Source of the DNA: Candidatus Latescibacterota bacterium
GTDB lineage: Bacteria > Latescibacterota > UBA2968 > UBA8231
NCBI GenBank assembly: GCA_965243025.1
Contig: CBDETY010000003.1
Coordinates: 6,432,001 to 6,496,000, forward strand
Reading direction: 5' to 3'
Length of the DNA stretch: 64,000 nucleotides
The position numbers and the translations under genes are program-made. A model generated the notes under the pieces. That model was not told where the DNA came from. It made no database searches and saw only the letters and a list, made by a program, of their open reading frames with translations. This document shows, in pieces, positions 47,766 to 60,753 of this stretch; within the stretch, counting starts at the first letter, position 1; each line of letters opens with the position of its first letter.

Positions 47766-48467
47766 ATGTCTCCAGAGAAAAAACAGGACGAGCACCTGAT
47801 CCCCGTAGAGGTCTGGCGCATCTATCCCTACTCGGACTCCTCCCCTCCCCAGACATTTCTCGTGGTACTCAAGGGAGAGGAGGACCGCTTCGTGCCGATC
47901 TCGATAGGGGCGCCGGAGGGCCAGTACCTGGTCATGGCGATGCAGCAGGTCTCCTTCCCCCGGCCGCTGACCCACAACCTGTTTCAGAATCTCCTCGAAA
48001 AGGTCAAGGGCGAGGTTCGCAGACTCGTGGTTCACACGCTCAAGGAGGATATCTTCCACGCCTACCTGCTGGTCCAGACCGAGCAGGATGTCTTCTACCT
48101 CGACTGCAGGCCGAGCGACGGCATGATCCTCGCGACGCTGATGTCCATCCCGATTTTCATGAGCCCCGAGGTGATGGAAGAGGCCGGGAAAGAACTGGGA
48201 GCGATGCTGAACATCGCCGACCTGGGGGAGGATGTTTCCGGCGGCAACGGCGAGGAGACGGACCCCGCCCTGGTCGAGGTCGAAGTCAGGGAAGAGTCCG
48301 GAGCCGAGAAGGTTGCCGAAGGGGCGGTAGAAGAGGGAGAGATGTCCGAGCTGGAGCTGCTCAAGGCGCAGCTCGACCGGCTGGTCGCCGAAGAGGCCTA
48401 CGAGGAAGCGGCCCGCCTGAGAGACAAGATCAGCAAAATGGAGAACGGCGACTCCGATTCTTCGTGA
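47766..48467 (+). CDS. Bifunctional nuclease (DUF151) with a C-terminal UVR motif
   Basis: VPISIGAPEG, PRPLTHNL, LDCRPSDG; EEAYEEAARLRDKI. Confidence 0.9.
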   Translation: MSPEKKQDEHLIPVEVWRIYPYSDSSPPQTFLVVLKGEEDRFVPISIGAPEGQYLVMAMQQVSFPRPLTHNLFQNLLEKVKGEVRRLVVHTLKEDIFHAYLLVQTEQDVFYLDCRPSDGMILATLMSIPIFMSPEVMEEAGKELGAMLNIADLGEDVSGGNGEETDPALVEVEVREESGAEKVAEGAVEEGEMSELELLKAQLDRLVAEEAYEEAARLRDKISKMENGDSDSS

Positions 48468-48498
48468 GCCGGAAGGAACCCGGTCTCTTTATCACACC

Positions 48499-48529
48499 AA
48501 CCCCCGGCATTCGCACGGGGGTTTTTTTT
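48499..48529 (+). terminator. Intrinsic terminator
   Basis: aacccccg-N9-cgggggtt followed by a T-run. Confidence 0.75.
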
Positions 48530-48549
48530 GGACAGGACAGGAGGGAAGA

Positions 48550-49005
48550 ATGACTTACCGCAGAATCGCGGCGGCGTGCGCGGCGGCAATGGCACTGCAG
48601 ACCGCAGCGTTATGGGCGCACTGCGAAATACCGTGCGGCATTTACGGCGACGAGCTTCGCTTTTCGATGATCGAGGAGAACATCCAGACCGTCGAAAAGT
48701 CGATGAAGATGATCGTCGAGCTTTCCGGGGACAGCGCCAATGCCAACCAGGTGGCTCGCTGGGTGAACAACAAGGAGAAGCACGCCGACGACATCCGGGA
48801 GATCGTAACGCAGTACTTCCTTACGCAGCGGATAAAACTGCCGTCCCCGGAAATCGAAGCGCAGGAGGCCTACAGGAACAAGCTGGCGCTCCTGCACCAG
48901 ATGCTGGTCTACGCGATGAAGTGCAAACAGACGACCGATACGGCCAACGCCGACAAGCTTCGGGAGCTGGCCCGGGACTTCAAGCAGGCGTATACGGCCG
49001 GGTAG
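48550..49005 (+). CDS. sodN: Nickel superoxide dismutase with a signal-peptide-like leader
   Basis: Ni-hook HCEIPCGIY after ...ALWA; RWVNNKEKHA, KCKQT. Confidence 0.92.
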   Translation: MTYRRIAAACAAAMALQTAALWAHCEIPCGIYGDELRFSMIEENIQTVEKSMKMIVELSGDSANANQVARWVNNKEKHADDIREIVTQYFLTQRIKLPSPEIEAQEAYRNKLALLHQMLVYAMKCKQTTDTANADKLRELARDFKQAYTAG

Positions 49006-49108
49006 GGCTGGGATTATGGCGTAGCAGCGCCGCGGGGGCGCCGCCGGCGGGGCGGGCTTGGGGCGCTTGCAGGGGGCGACCGGGCGCGGGCACGGGAAAG
49101 AGGGGAAC

Positions 49109-52546
<3,438 letters not shown>

Positions 52547-52552
52547 ACGACC

Positions 52553-53305
52553 ATGCGGAAAATCCCTGACTTTCCCGCTTCGATCCTTACGGCATTGACC
52601 GCGGTCCTCGCCGCCGCATCGGTGGAGTGCATCGGACAAACTCCTGCGGAGAACGAGTTCCGTTCCGAGCGGCGGCGCATGGTTGCCCGGGACCTCGCGG
52701 CCCGGGACATAACCGATTCGACGGTGCTCGCAGTGATGGCCCGGGTCCCGAGGCATCTCTACGTCCCTGAGGGCCTGCGCCGCTACGCCTACCGCGACAG
52801 CCCATTGCCGATCGGCGAGGACCAGACCATCTCGCAGCCGTACATCGTCGCCTTCATGACCCAGGCGATGAGTCTCAGCCCCACCGACCGCGTCCTCGAG
52901 ATCGGTACCGGGTCCGGTTACCAGGCGGCGGTTCTCGGCGAAATCGCCGCGGAGGTGTACACCATCGAAATCATTCCCGAGCTCGCCGAGCGTTCCAGGG
53001 CGTTGCTGCAGGACCTCGGCTACGCAAACATCCACGTGCGCACAGGGGACGGGTACTTCGGCTGGCCGGAGAAGGCGCCGTTCGACGCCATCATCGTCAC
53101 CGCCGCCCCGGACCACGTACCCCAGGCCCTCGTCGACCAGCTTGCAGACGGCGCCCCCCTCGTGATGCCTGTCGGGGACGCCTACCAGGAGCTTGTCCGC
53201 ATCACCCGGCGCGGCAACGCGCACACGACCGAGCGTCTCCTGCCGGTGCGCTTCGTACCGATGACGGGGAGGGCGAAGGCGGTCGGCGATTCAATACGCC
53301 GCTGA
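52553..53305 (+). CDS. pcm: Protein-L-isoaspartate O-methyltransferase
   Basis: QTISQP, VLEIGTGSGYQ, APFDAIIVTAA, VRFVPM. Confidence 0.94.
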   Translation: MRKIPDFPASILTALTAVLAAASVECIGQTPAENEFRSERRRMVARDLAARDITDSTVLAVMARVPRHLYVPEGLRRYAYRDSPLPIGEDQTISQPYIVAFMTQAMSLSPTDRVLEIGTGSGYQAAVLGEIAAEVYTIEIIPELAERSRALLQDLGYANIHVRTGDGYFGWPEKAPFDAIIVTAAPDHVPQALVDQLADGAPLVMPVGDAYQELVRITRRGNAHTTERLLPVRFVPMTGRAKAVGDSIRR

Positions 53306-53461
53306 ATTCCGGGGTTTTCTGAGGTCGCCGGGTTACCGGCTTCCGGAAGGGCCGCGGTCGATGCGGTGTCGGCGATTCAATACGCCGTTGAATTCCGGGG
53401 TTATCTGAGGTCGCCGGGTTACCGGGCTTCCGGAAGGGCCGCTGCTGTCGATGCGGTGTCG
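53282..53461 (+). repeat. Two-copy tandem repeat (about 86-90 bp) overlapping the pcm stop codon
   Basis: gtcggcgattcaatacgccg... starts at 53282 and again at 53368. Confidence 0.9.
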
Positions 53462-53543
53462 CCGGTAAACGGGCCGCCGGTGCAGGGATGGAGCCTTCGG
53501 CGCGGCCACGCGTCCGGCTGCGGTCAATCCGTTCGGGGTACGG

Positions 53544-54497
53544 CTATATGCGCCCGGATACGGAAAGTCTGTGGACGATGCCCAGCGACGGGTAGGACGC
53601 GTAGGCGTAATCGAGCCGGTAGCGCTGCAGCACGAACCCGGCCCCCGCCGTCAGTCCGACGGCATCTTCCCCCTGCACACCGGTCTGCTGCAGGCTGTAC
53701 CCGGGACGCAGGAACAGATTGTCCCCGACCTGCAGCTCGGCTCCGAAGGCGAAGAACGGATCGCCGTCATTCGGGAGATTTGCGTCCGCGAGCAGGACCA
53801 GGGGCAGGGGGGCGTGTGCCGGCCGATGGGAAACGCCCGCCCGGAGGACCACCGGCAGCGAGTCCTTGAACTCGCCGGTGTAACCGCTGCGCACGCTGCC
53901 CATGTTGGAGATCGAGAATCCCATCTTCATGCCCTTGATCGGTCCGTCGGCGAGGAGGCCGAGGTCCAGGGCATAGGCGTCGGAGGTGTAGTCCTGGATG
54001 CTCGAGTAGATCGCCTTCAGGCTCGCCCCCACCGCGAGGCGGCGCCAGACCCTCTGGGCCGCTGTCACAGAAGCGGCGAGCTCGAATGCGCCGAAGCTCC
54101 CCAGGTCCTGGCCGTCGGCGTCGGTGTGCCGCATCGAGCCGTAGGAGAAGTAGTTGACGCTTCCCGCCCATACGCGGTTCTCGCCAGGGAGGGCGACGCT
54201 GATGAAACCGGCCTCGGTGTCGACGAGATAGCTGGCGAGCGAGACGACCCCGGCCCGCTGCTCCAGGCCGTGCAGCCCCGCGGGGTTGAAGGCGGCGGCT
54301 TCCATCTCTCCGGCCACCGCGGCGTAGGCGCCGCCCAGCGCGGTGGGCCGGGCCCCCACGGGAATCTTGAGGAAATTGAACCCTGTCGTACCGGCGTTTT
54401 CATTGATCGCCAGGGCGGGTTGCGCTGCCGGAAGGAGGACGAGGGCGGCCGGGCCGGCAGCGGCCGCCCCCAGGCGAAGGAATTGCCTGAGGATCAT
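53544..54497 (-). CDS. PorV/PorQ family outer-membrane beta-barrel
   Basis: FLKIPVGARPTALGGA, FNPAGL, LDYAY, HRLSV terminal strand. Confidence 0.85.
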   Translation of the reverse strand: MILRQFLRLGAAAAGPAALVLLPAAQPALAINENAGTTGFNFLKIPVGARPTALGGAYAAVAGEMEAAAFNPAGLHGLEQRAGVVSLASYLVDTEAGFISVALPGENRVWAGSVNYFSYGSMRHTDADGQDLGSFGAFELAASVTAAQRVWRRLAVGASLKAIYSSIQDYTSDAYALDLGLLADGPIKGMKMGFSISNMGSVRSGYTGEFKDSLPVVLRAGVSHRPAHAPLPLVLLADANLPNDGDPFFAFGAELQVGDNLFLRPGYSLQQTGVQGEDAVGLTAGAGFVLQRYRLDYAYASYPSLGIVHRLSVSGRI

Positions 54498-55942
54498 GCG
54501 CAGGTCTCTTCGAGGTTGCGGGCGGCCCGAAACATGGCCGCCTCGTGAAATGGAGGAGCCAGAAGCTGAGCACCGATCGGGAGCCCTTCCCCGGAGGCGG
54601 TCAGCGGCACGGCGATGCCGGGCAGGCCGGCGAGGTTCACGGATACCGTGTAAATGTCGTTGAGGTACATCTCCAGCGGGTCGTCGAGCTGTTCCCCGAG
54701 GCGGAAGGCGGTGGTCGGGGCCACCGGCGCCAGGATGACGTCGCAGGACTCGAAGGCGCGCTCGAAGTCGCGCCGTATGAGGGTGCGGACTTTCAGCGCC
54801 TTCAGGTAGTAGGCGTCGTAATAGCCGGCGCTCAGCACGTAGGTCCCCAGGGCGATGCGGCGCTTCACCTCGGCGCCGAAGCCGCGGCTGCGCGAGGAGC
54901 GGTACATCTCGCCGAGGTCCTCCCTGCCGTTGGCGCAGCGGGTCCCGTACTTGACGCCGTCGTAACGGGCGAGGTTGGCCGATGCCTCGGCCATGGCGAT
55001 GATGTAGTAGGCGCTGATGCAGTATTCCGGGTGCGCCGCCACCTCCAGCGACACGTCGACCAGCTCGGCCCCGTTCGCTTCCATGGCCGCTGCCGCCTCC
55101 TCGACGGCGGCGCGAATCTCCGGGTCCAGTCCGGCGGCGAAATGCTGCCTGACAAGGCCGACCTTCAGACCTTCTATCCCTCCCTCCAGCCCTGCCGCGT
55201 AGTCGGGCACCGGCTCCTCGACCGAGGTGGAGTCGCGGGGGTCGTGGCCGGCGATCGCCCCCAGCAGCAGGGCCGCATCGCCGACGTCCCGGGCGACGCA
55301 GCCCACCTGATCGAGAGAGGAGGCGTAGGCGACCAGTCCGTAGCGGGAGACGCGGCCGTAGGTCGGCTTGACCCCGACGACGCCGCAGTAGGAAGCCGGT
55401 TGCCGAACGGAACCTCCCGTATCCGATCCGAGGGCGGCGATCGCTTCCCGCGCCGCCACCGCCGCGGCCGAACCCCCGCTGCTGCCCCCGGCGACGCGGC
55501 TGTTGTCGACGGGATTGCGCACCGGTCCGAAGATGGTGTTCTCGCTCGAAGAGCCCATGGCGAACTCGTCCATGTTGGTCTTGCCGAGGAGGACGGCGTC
55601 GGCGGCGCGGAGCCTGGACACCGCTCCGGCGTCGTAGGGGGCGACGTAGTCCCGCAATATCCCGCTGGCGCAGGTGGTGCGCCCGCCGCGCACGCAGATC
55701 ACGTCCTTGACGGCAACCGGGACGCCTGCCAGCGGCCCCAGTTCCTCTCCCGCCGCCTTCCGGCGGTCGATCCGCGCGGCCGCGGAGAGGGCTTCTTCGG
55801 CATCGACCGAGATGTAGGCGTTCACCACGGGATCGACTTCGTCGATCCGGTCGAGCACCGACAGGGTGATCTCGACCGAGGTGGCCGCGCCGGTTCTGAT
55901 CTGGTCGGCCGCGGCGCGCGCGGTCAGCTGGTTCAGGGACAA
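54494..55942 (-). CDS. gatA: Asp/Glu-tRNA amidotransferase subunit A
   Basis: KTNMDEFAMGSS, GGSSGGSAA, GSDTGGSVRQP, SAGYYDAYY. Confidence 0.95.
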   Translation of the reverse strand: MSLNQLTARAAADQIRTGAATSVEITLSVLDRIDEVDPVVNAYISVDAEEALSAAARIDRRKAAGEELGPLAGVPVAVKDVICVRGGRTTCASGILRDYVAPYDAGAVSRLRAADAVLLGKTNMDEFAMGSSSENTIFGPVRNPVDNSRVAGGSSGGSAAAVAAREAIAALGSDTGGSVRQPASYCGVVGVKPTYGRVSRYGLVAYASSLDQVGCVARDVGDAALLLGAIAGHDPRDSTSVEEPVPDYAAGLEGGIEGLKVGLVRQHFAAGLDPEIRAAVEEAAAAMEANGAELVDVSLEVAAHPEYCISAYYIIAMAEASANLARYDGVKYGTRCANGREDLGEMYRSSRSRGFGAEVKRRIALGTYVLSAGYYDAYYLKALKVRTLIRRDFERAFESCDVILAPVAPTTAFRLGEQLDDPLEMYLNDIYTVSVNLAGLPGIAVPLTASGEGLPIGAQLLAPPFHEAAMFRAARNLEETCA

Positions 55943-55991
55943 GGTTGAACTGCGGGTCGGGATTGCAGCCGGGTCGTGGAAATACCCGGGA

Positions 55992-56297
55992 TCAGCCCTT
56001 CTGCCGGGTCTCCCCGGTCTGGCCGCTTTCCCCGGCCGCGGCGGGAGGGGCGTCCTTTTCCGGCTCAGCCGTCCCTTGCCGCGCTACCTGATCGGCAGCG
56101 CTTTCGGGGGCTTTCGGAGCCGGGTTCGAGACGGTGTTGGCGACGTCGACTTCGTCCTGGACGTCGCGAACCGCCTTGCGGAACTCGCGAATTCCCTTGC
56201 CCATGCCCTGCGCCATCTCGGGAATCCGCTTGGCGCCGAAAATCAGCAGGACGACCAGAAAGATTATCAGTATTTCCCAATGGCCCATGCCGAACAT
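55992..56297 (-). CDS. tatA: TatA/E translocase subunit
   Basis: LLIFGAKRIPEMAQGMGKGIREFRKA. Confidence 0.92.
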   Translation of the reverse strand: MFGMGHWEILIIFLVVLLIFGAKRIPEMAQGMGKGIREFRKAVRDVQDEVDVANTVSNPAPKAPESAADQVARQGTAEPEKDAPPAAAGESGQTGETRQKG

Positions 56298-56334
56298 TGG
56301 TTGTCCTCCGATCGGAGTTGGAACGCCACCGACG

Positions 56335-56616
56335 TCAGTAAGAGTACTTGAAATAGTACCATCCGGCGAGGATGCCGAGCAGGGTGATGACGTTGAAGTG
56401 CAGTCCGAGTTCGAACTGAAAGGAAAGAATGATCAGGTTCAACTTGTGGGGGCCGATAGCCCAACTGACGTAATGGAGCAGGGCGCGTTCGACGATGGTG
56501 CCGTCCCCGGCGGTAAGGTGCAGCAGGAGGCGGACCGCTTCGCCGATGACGTTGGCGCCGAGGACGCAGAGGAACAGTACAAGGATGAGGCGGACTGCCG
56601 ATTTTTCCCTGAACAT
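56335..56616 (-). CDS. Small membrane protein (DUF4321-like)
   Basis: LNLIILSFQFELGLHFNVITLLG pattern; two hydrophobic segments. Confidence 0.65.
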   Translation of the reverse strand: MFREKSAVRLILVLFLCVLGANVIGEAVRLLLHLTAGDGTIVERALLHYVSWAIGPHKLNLIILSFQFELGLHFNVITLLGILAGWYYFKYSY

Positions 56617-56631
56617 GCGCCGCGCCGACGG

Positions 56632-57342
56632 TCAGGCGTGCTGGGTGACTTCGTCGCTGAACAATCCTGCGACCCATCGATATATGCCGCTCGCCATGTA
56701 GACCAGGGTCAGCGGAAAAAAGAAGTCCTTCGAGGTGCTGGGATATATGGCGAGTGCGACCGTGCCGAGGAAAAACAGTTGCTTGAAACGGTCGCTGAAG
56801 GAGGAGGAGCGGAAGCTGGGGACCTTGTCGAAGGCAAGGCGGCTGACCATCAGGTAACCGAGGGAAACCACCAGCACGGCGGCGAGGGGGGCGGCGTGCC
56901 TGGTTTCCCAGGCGTGCTGGGTGAACACGACGTATTGGGTCAGCACGATGGCCGCACCGGGAATCGGCATCCCCATGAACAGGTCGGTCTTTTCCTTGTT
57001 GTGACTGAGCACGTTGAAGCGGGCGAGCCTGAGGGCGCCGCAGAGCAGGAACAGAAAGGCGAGAACCAGCCCCCATGGGGAGCTCAGCACGCTCAGGTAG
57101 ATCATGGTTGCCGGAACTACCCCGAAGGTGCACAGGTCGACGAGGGAATCGAATTCGATACCGAAACTGGTGTCCTTGCCGACGAAGCGGGCGATGCGGC
57201 CGTCCATCGCATCGAGGGCGGCTCCGAGAACGACCAGCCATGCGGCGGGAACGTAGCGGCCTTCGATCACGTACTGCAGCGCCAGAAAGGCGCAGAACAG
57301 ATTCCCTACGGTGAACATGTTGGGAAGCAGCAGGCGGTACAT
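56632..57342 (-). CDS. pssA: CDP-diacylglycerol--serine O-phosphatidyltransferase
   Basis: PNMFT, DAMDGRIAR...G.EFDSLVD, LRLARFN. Confidence 0.93.
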   Translation of the reverse strand: MYRLLLPNMFTVGNLFCAFLALQYVIEGRYVPAAWLVVLGAALDAMDGRIARFVGKDTSFGIEFDSLVDLCTFGVVPATMIYLSVLSSPWGLVLAFLFLLCGALRLARFNVLSHNKEKTDLFMGMPIPGAAIVLTQYVVFTQHAWETRHAAPLAAVLVVSLGYLMVSRLAFDKVPSFRSSSFSDRFKQLFFLGTVALAIYPSTSKDFFFPLTLVYMASGIYRWVAGLFSDEVTQHA

Positions 57343-57974
57343 CAGTCACACACCCCTATTATGGTTTCCCCCGCCCTGACCCGGTCACCCACTTCGACGG
57401 TGACCCGAACTCTCTGCGGCAGAAGGTGGTCGACCCGGGAGCCGAAGCGGATGAGCCCGAAGCGCTGTCCCAGGGCGACCTCGTCCCCTTCCGACAGGTA
57501 ACAGGCGATGCGCCGGGCCAGGACGCCGACGATCTGCTTGACCACGAGCCGGGTGGATCCATTGCTGATTCCGATGACGCTCTGCTGGTTCTTCGCCGAC
57601 GCATCCGGCCGGTAAGCGGCCTGAAACTCCCCCCGGACACGGGTGACGAAATCGACCTTGCCCTCGATGGGGGCGCGGTTGACGTGGACGTCGAGGGGAG
57701 AGAGGAAAACGGAGATGCGCGTGCCGAGGCCGTCGAGATATTCCTCTTCGACAGGCTGGATTTCGACCACCTTGCCGTCGGCTGCCGAGACCACCGCGCC
57801 GGCCAGCTGGGGGGGAGTGCGCCGCGGGTCGCGGAAAAAGAAGGCCATGAAGCAGGCGAGCACACCGAACAGTATGGCGCCGTACTCCATGAAGGGAACG
57901 GCCTGTGCCGCCGCCCAGCTGGCCAGGGCCAGTCCGATGCCGCCGGCGACGAACGGCAATCCTTCGCGGGCCAT
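57342..57974 (-). CDS. psd: Phosphatidylserine decarboxylase proenzyme
   Basis: FFRDP, DVHVNRAP, FGLIRFGSRVD cleavage motif. Confidence 0.93.
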   Translation of the reverse strand: MAREGLPFVAGGIGLALASWAAAQAVPFMEYGAILFGVLACFMAFFFRDPRRTPPQLAGAVVSAADGKVVEIQPVEEEYLDGLGTRISVFLSPLDVHVNRAPIEGKVDFVTRVRGEFQAAYRPDASAKNQQSVIGISNGSTRLVVKQIVGVLARRIACYLSEGDEVALGQRFGLIRFGSRVDHLLPQRVRVTVEVGDRVRAGETIIGVCD

Positions 57975-57975
57975 G

Positions 57976-59112
57976 TCAATCCCACCTGCGCAGGGAGCGC
58001 GGACGCTCCGCAACTTCGATTGAAACCGGGATTTTGCGGCCGTTCCGGAAAAGATCTAGGTGGAAGGTTTCGCCGACCCGGAGACCTTCGAGGATTGCCT
58101 TGGCCTCTTCGGCGCTTTCGAGGTAATCGCCATTCACCCCGACAATGACATCGCCGCGCTCCAGGCCGGCCTCGTAAGCGGGACTGCCGGTAGCGACCGA
58201 GACGACCTGAGCTCCGCCGGTGCCGGGAAGGTCGAGGTATTCGGCCTGTCTGAGGGTCAAGTTCTGCAGCTCGAGGATGCCCGTCCACGGAGGCCGGACC
58301 CGTCCGTGAGTCGCGATCTCGTCGAGAAAGCGGCGGGCGTAGTTGATGGGAATGGCGAATCCGATGCCGATCGACCCGATGTCGTACTCATTTGCGGTGT
58401 AGATGAAACTGTTGATCCCGATGACCTCGCCGAGGGCGTTGGCGAGCGGGCCGCCGCTGTTCCCCGGATTGATCGAGGCGTCGGTCTGGATCATGTCGCG
58501 GTAGTAGTAGTCTCCCTGCGGCTCGGGAAAGTCGAGATCCAGGGCGGAGACGACTCCGGCGCTCACGGCAGGTCCGAGATCGAAAGGATTGCCGATAGCA
58601 ATCGCCCATTCGCCGACCAGAATATCGTCGGAGTCACCGAGGTGTGCAACGGGAAGGTCGTCGGCCTCCACCTTCAGAACGGCGAGATCTATAAGGAAGT
58701 CTGAGCCCACGTGCCGGCCGGGGAGGGTGCGGCCGTCCGTAAGGGAGACCTCGATCTCCGGGGGCTTGCGGCTTCTGCTCCTGCCGATGACGTGATCGTT
58801 GGTCAGCACGTGCCCGTTTTCGGTGACGATCAGGCCGGTTCCTCCCGAGACGCGGTCCCGGTATCCGCGATACAGTCGCCGGGGCGAGAACGGGGAGAAG
58901 AAGTCGCGAAACGGATCCCGGTAGCGGTAGTACACGGGTTCCGTATGGATCACCTGGATGCTGGCGACGGCCGGCTTCACCCGTTCCACCGCCCTGACGA
59001 CGGCGGTGCGGCGCGACTCGGCCAGGTCCTCCGCAATCGCGGAGTGGAGCCAGAAGAGGAGGAAATAAAGGGTGAAGCACTGGAATCGAGGGGGCGGGCA
59101 AAGAGCGGTCAT
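57976..59112 (-). CDS. HtrA/DegS-type serine protease with one PDZ domain
   Basis: TNDHV, DLAVLK, IQTDASINPGNSGGPL, single PDZ domain. Confidence 0.92.
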   Translation of the reverse strand: MTALCPPPRFQCFTLYFLLFWLHSAIAEDLAESRRTAVVRAVERVKPAVASIQVIHTEPVYYRYRDPFRDFFSPFSPRRLYRGYRDRVSGGTGLIVTENGHVLTNDHVIGRSRSRKPPEIEVSLTDGRTLPGRHVGSDFLIDLAVLKVEADDLPVAHLGDSDDILVGEWAIAIGNPFDLGPAVSAGVVSALDLDFPEPQGDYYYRDMIQTDASINPGNSGGPLANALGEVIGINSFIYTANEYDIGSIGIGFAIPINYARRFLDEIATHGRVRPPWTGILELQNLTLRQAEYLDLPGTGGAQVVSVATGSPAYEAGLERGDVIVGVNGDYLESAEEAKAILEGLRVGETFHLDLFRNGRKIPVSIEVAERPRSLRRWD

Positions 59113-59155
59113 TTTTCTATAAGTATAGTAATAATAGGGTGTTATGTAGACAATT

Positions 59156-59935
59156 TCAATGGGTCGGGTTTTCCCCGGGGTAGTTGACTTCCAGCAGGCA
59201 CAGCCCCATGGCCGGCGCCGTGGGCCCGGCCAGCCCGCGCACCTCCCCGGGTGCGGCGTTCCCTTCGCTTTCGCCCCGCAGGGAGGCGGACAGATCGGGG
59301 GGACGCTTTCCGAGGCCGGTTTCCACCAGGGTGCCCACGATGATGCGGACCATGTGGCGGAGAAACCGGTTGGCCTCGATTTCAAAACGCATCTCGTGCC
59401 CCCGGCGTTCCCACCCGCAGTCGAGCACCGTGCAGGAGAAGCTGTCGGGAACCGGGTGCTGATTGCAGAAGGCGCGGAAATCGTGGGTCCCGGCAAGTCC
59501 GGCGGCGGCGGTGGTCATGAGGTCCAAATCGAGGCTGCGCTGAAAAGTCCACACCCAGCGGCGCTCGACCGCGGTCTTGCGGGTGGCGATGCGGTACCGG
59601 TAGCGCTTGCTGACGGCGCTGTAGCGGGCGTGGAAATCGCCGGCTGCTTCCGCAGCGGACGTTATCGAGATGTCCGCGGGCAGGAGGCTGTTGAGGGCGC
59701 GGCGGATGCGCTCGGGAGGGAGGTCGGCCCCGGTTCGGAAATGGGCGACCTGGCCCAGGGCGTGGGTGCCGGCATCGGTGCGCCCCGACCCCACCGGGGT
59801 AACCGGTTCCTGCAGCAGCCCGCTCAGGGCCAGGGCGAGCTCTCCCTGAACGGTGCGGCCGCGGGCCTGGATCTGCCAGCCGGCGAAATCGGTGCCGTCG
59901 TACTCGAGGTCGAGGCGGATGGTGCGGGGGCTCAC
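59156..59935 (-). CDS. truA: tRNA pseudouridine(38-40) synthase
   Basis: YDGTDFAGWQ, GRTDAGTHA, FHARYSA, FLRHMVR; GTG start overlaps the ecfT stop. Confidence 0.93.
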   Translation of the reverse strand: MSPRTIRLDLEYDGTDFAGWQIQARGRTVQGELALALSGLLQEPVTPVGSGRTDAGTHALGQVAHFRTGADLPPERIRRALNSLLPADISITSAAEAAGDFHARYSAVSKRYRYRIATRKTAVERRWVWTFQRSLDLDLMTTAAAGLAGTHDFRAFCNQHPVPDSFSCTVLDCGWERRGHEMRFEIEANRFLRHMVRIIVGTLVETGLGKRPPDLSASLRGESEGNAAPGEVRGLAGPTAPAMGLCLLEVNYPGENPTH

Positions 59936-60753
59936 GGAGTCGGGAACGGGGCCAGGGAGTGAGCGGCCATCAGGGCCGCGGCTGAAACGACGATTGCCGC
60001 CGCGGCGAGGTCGGCCCGGGAAAAGGAGAGCTCGCGAAAGCTGGTGCGCCCTTCCCCTCCCTGGTAGCAGCGGCTCTCCATGGCGACCGCCAGGCGGTCG
60101 GCCCGGTCGAACGCCGACAGGAACAGCGGCACCAGTAGGGACATCATCTGCCTTGCCCGTCGCAACAGGCCGCCGCTGAAATCCGCCCCGCGCGCCAGCT
60201 GCGCCTTCCTGATGCGCTCCGCCTCCTCGGCCAGCACCGGAATGAAACGCAGCGCGATGGCGATCATCATGGCGAACTCGTGGGCGGGGAAGCCGAGGCG
60301 CCGCAGCGGGCGGAGCATGCGCTCGAGGCCGTCGGTCAACGCCAGGGGCGCAGTCGTCAGGGTCATCAGGGCGGCGACGGTGACAATCGTCGCCAGACGC
60401 CAGCAGAACAACAGCCCGAAGCGCAGTCCCTCCTGCGATACCGGCCACTGCAGCCCGGGAAGATGAACCAGCACCCGTCCGGGGGTCATGAGCGCGTGCA
60501 GAACGACCGTGAAGGCGAACAGCCAGAGGAACGGTTTCAGGTTCGTCAGCAGGGTTATCACCGGTATTTTCGCCAGCCGTACCGCGAGGCCCAGGAAGAC
60601 GGTGAACAGGATCAGCGGCGGGGCGGCGTCGAGGGTCAGGGCGGAGGTCATCAGCAGGAGGGCGGACAGGAGCTTGGTGCGCGGGTCGAGGCGATGCACC
60701 ACCGAGCCGGTGTCGACGTATTTGCCGAGGGCGATGTCTCTCAGGATTCGCAA
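59932..60753 (-). CDS. ecfT: ECF transporter transmembrane component T
   Basis: HRLDPRTK, ALRFIP, AQLARG, AMESRCY. Confidence 0.9.
   Translation of the reverse strand: MRILRDIALGKYVDTGSVVHRLDPRTKLLSALLLMTSALTLDAAPPLILFTVFLGLAVRLAKIPVITLLTNLKPFLWLFAFTVVLHALMTPGRVLVHLPGLQWPVSQEGLRFGLLFCWRLATIVTVAALMTLTTAPLALTDGLERMLRPLRRLGFPAHEFAMMIAIALRFIPVLAEEAERIRKAQLARGADFSGGLLRRARQMMSLLVPLFLSAFDRADRLAVAMESRCYQGGEGRTSFRELSFSRADLAAAAIVVSAAALMAAHSLAPFPTP

Noticed and set aside
53282-53461. Possible CRISPR array
   Set aside because: Only two long near-identical units, with no unique spacers and no cas genes
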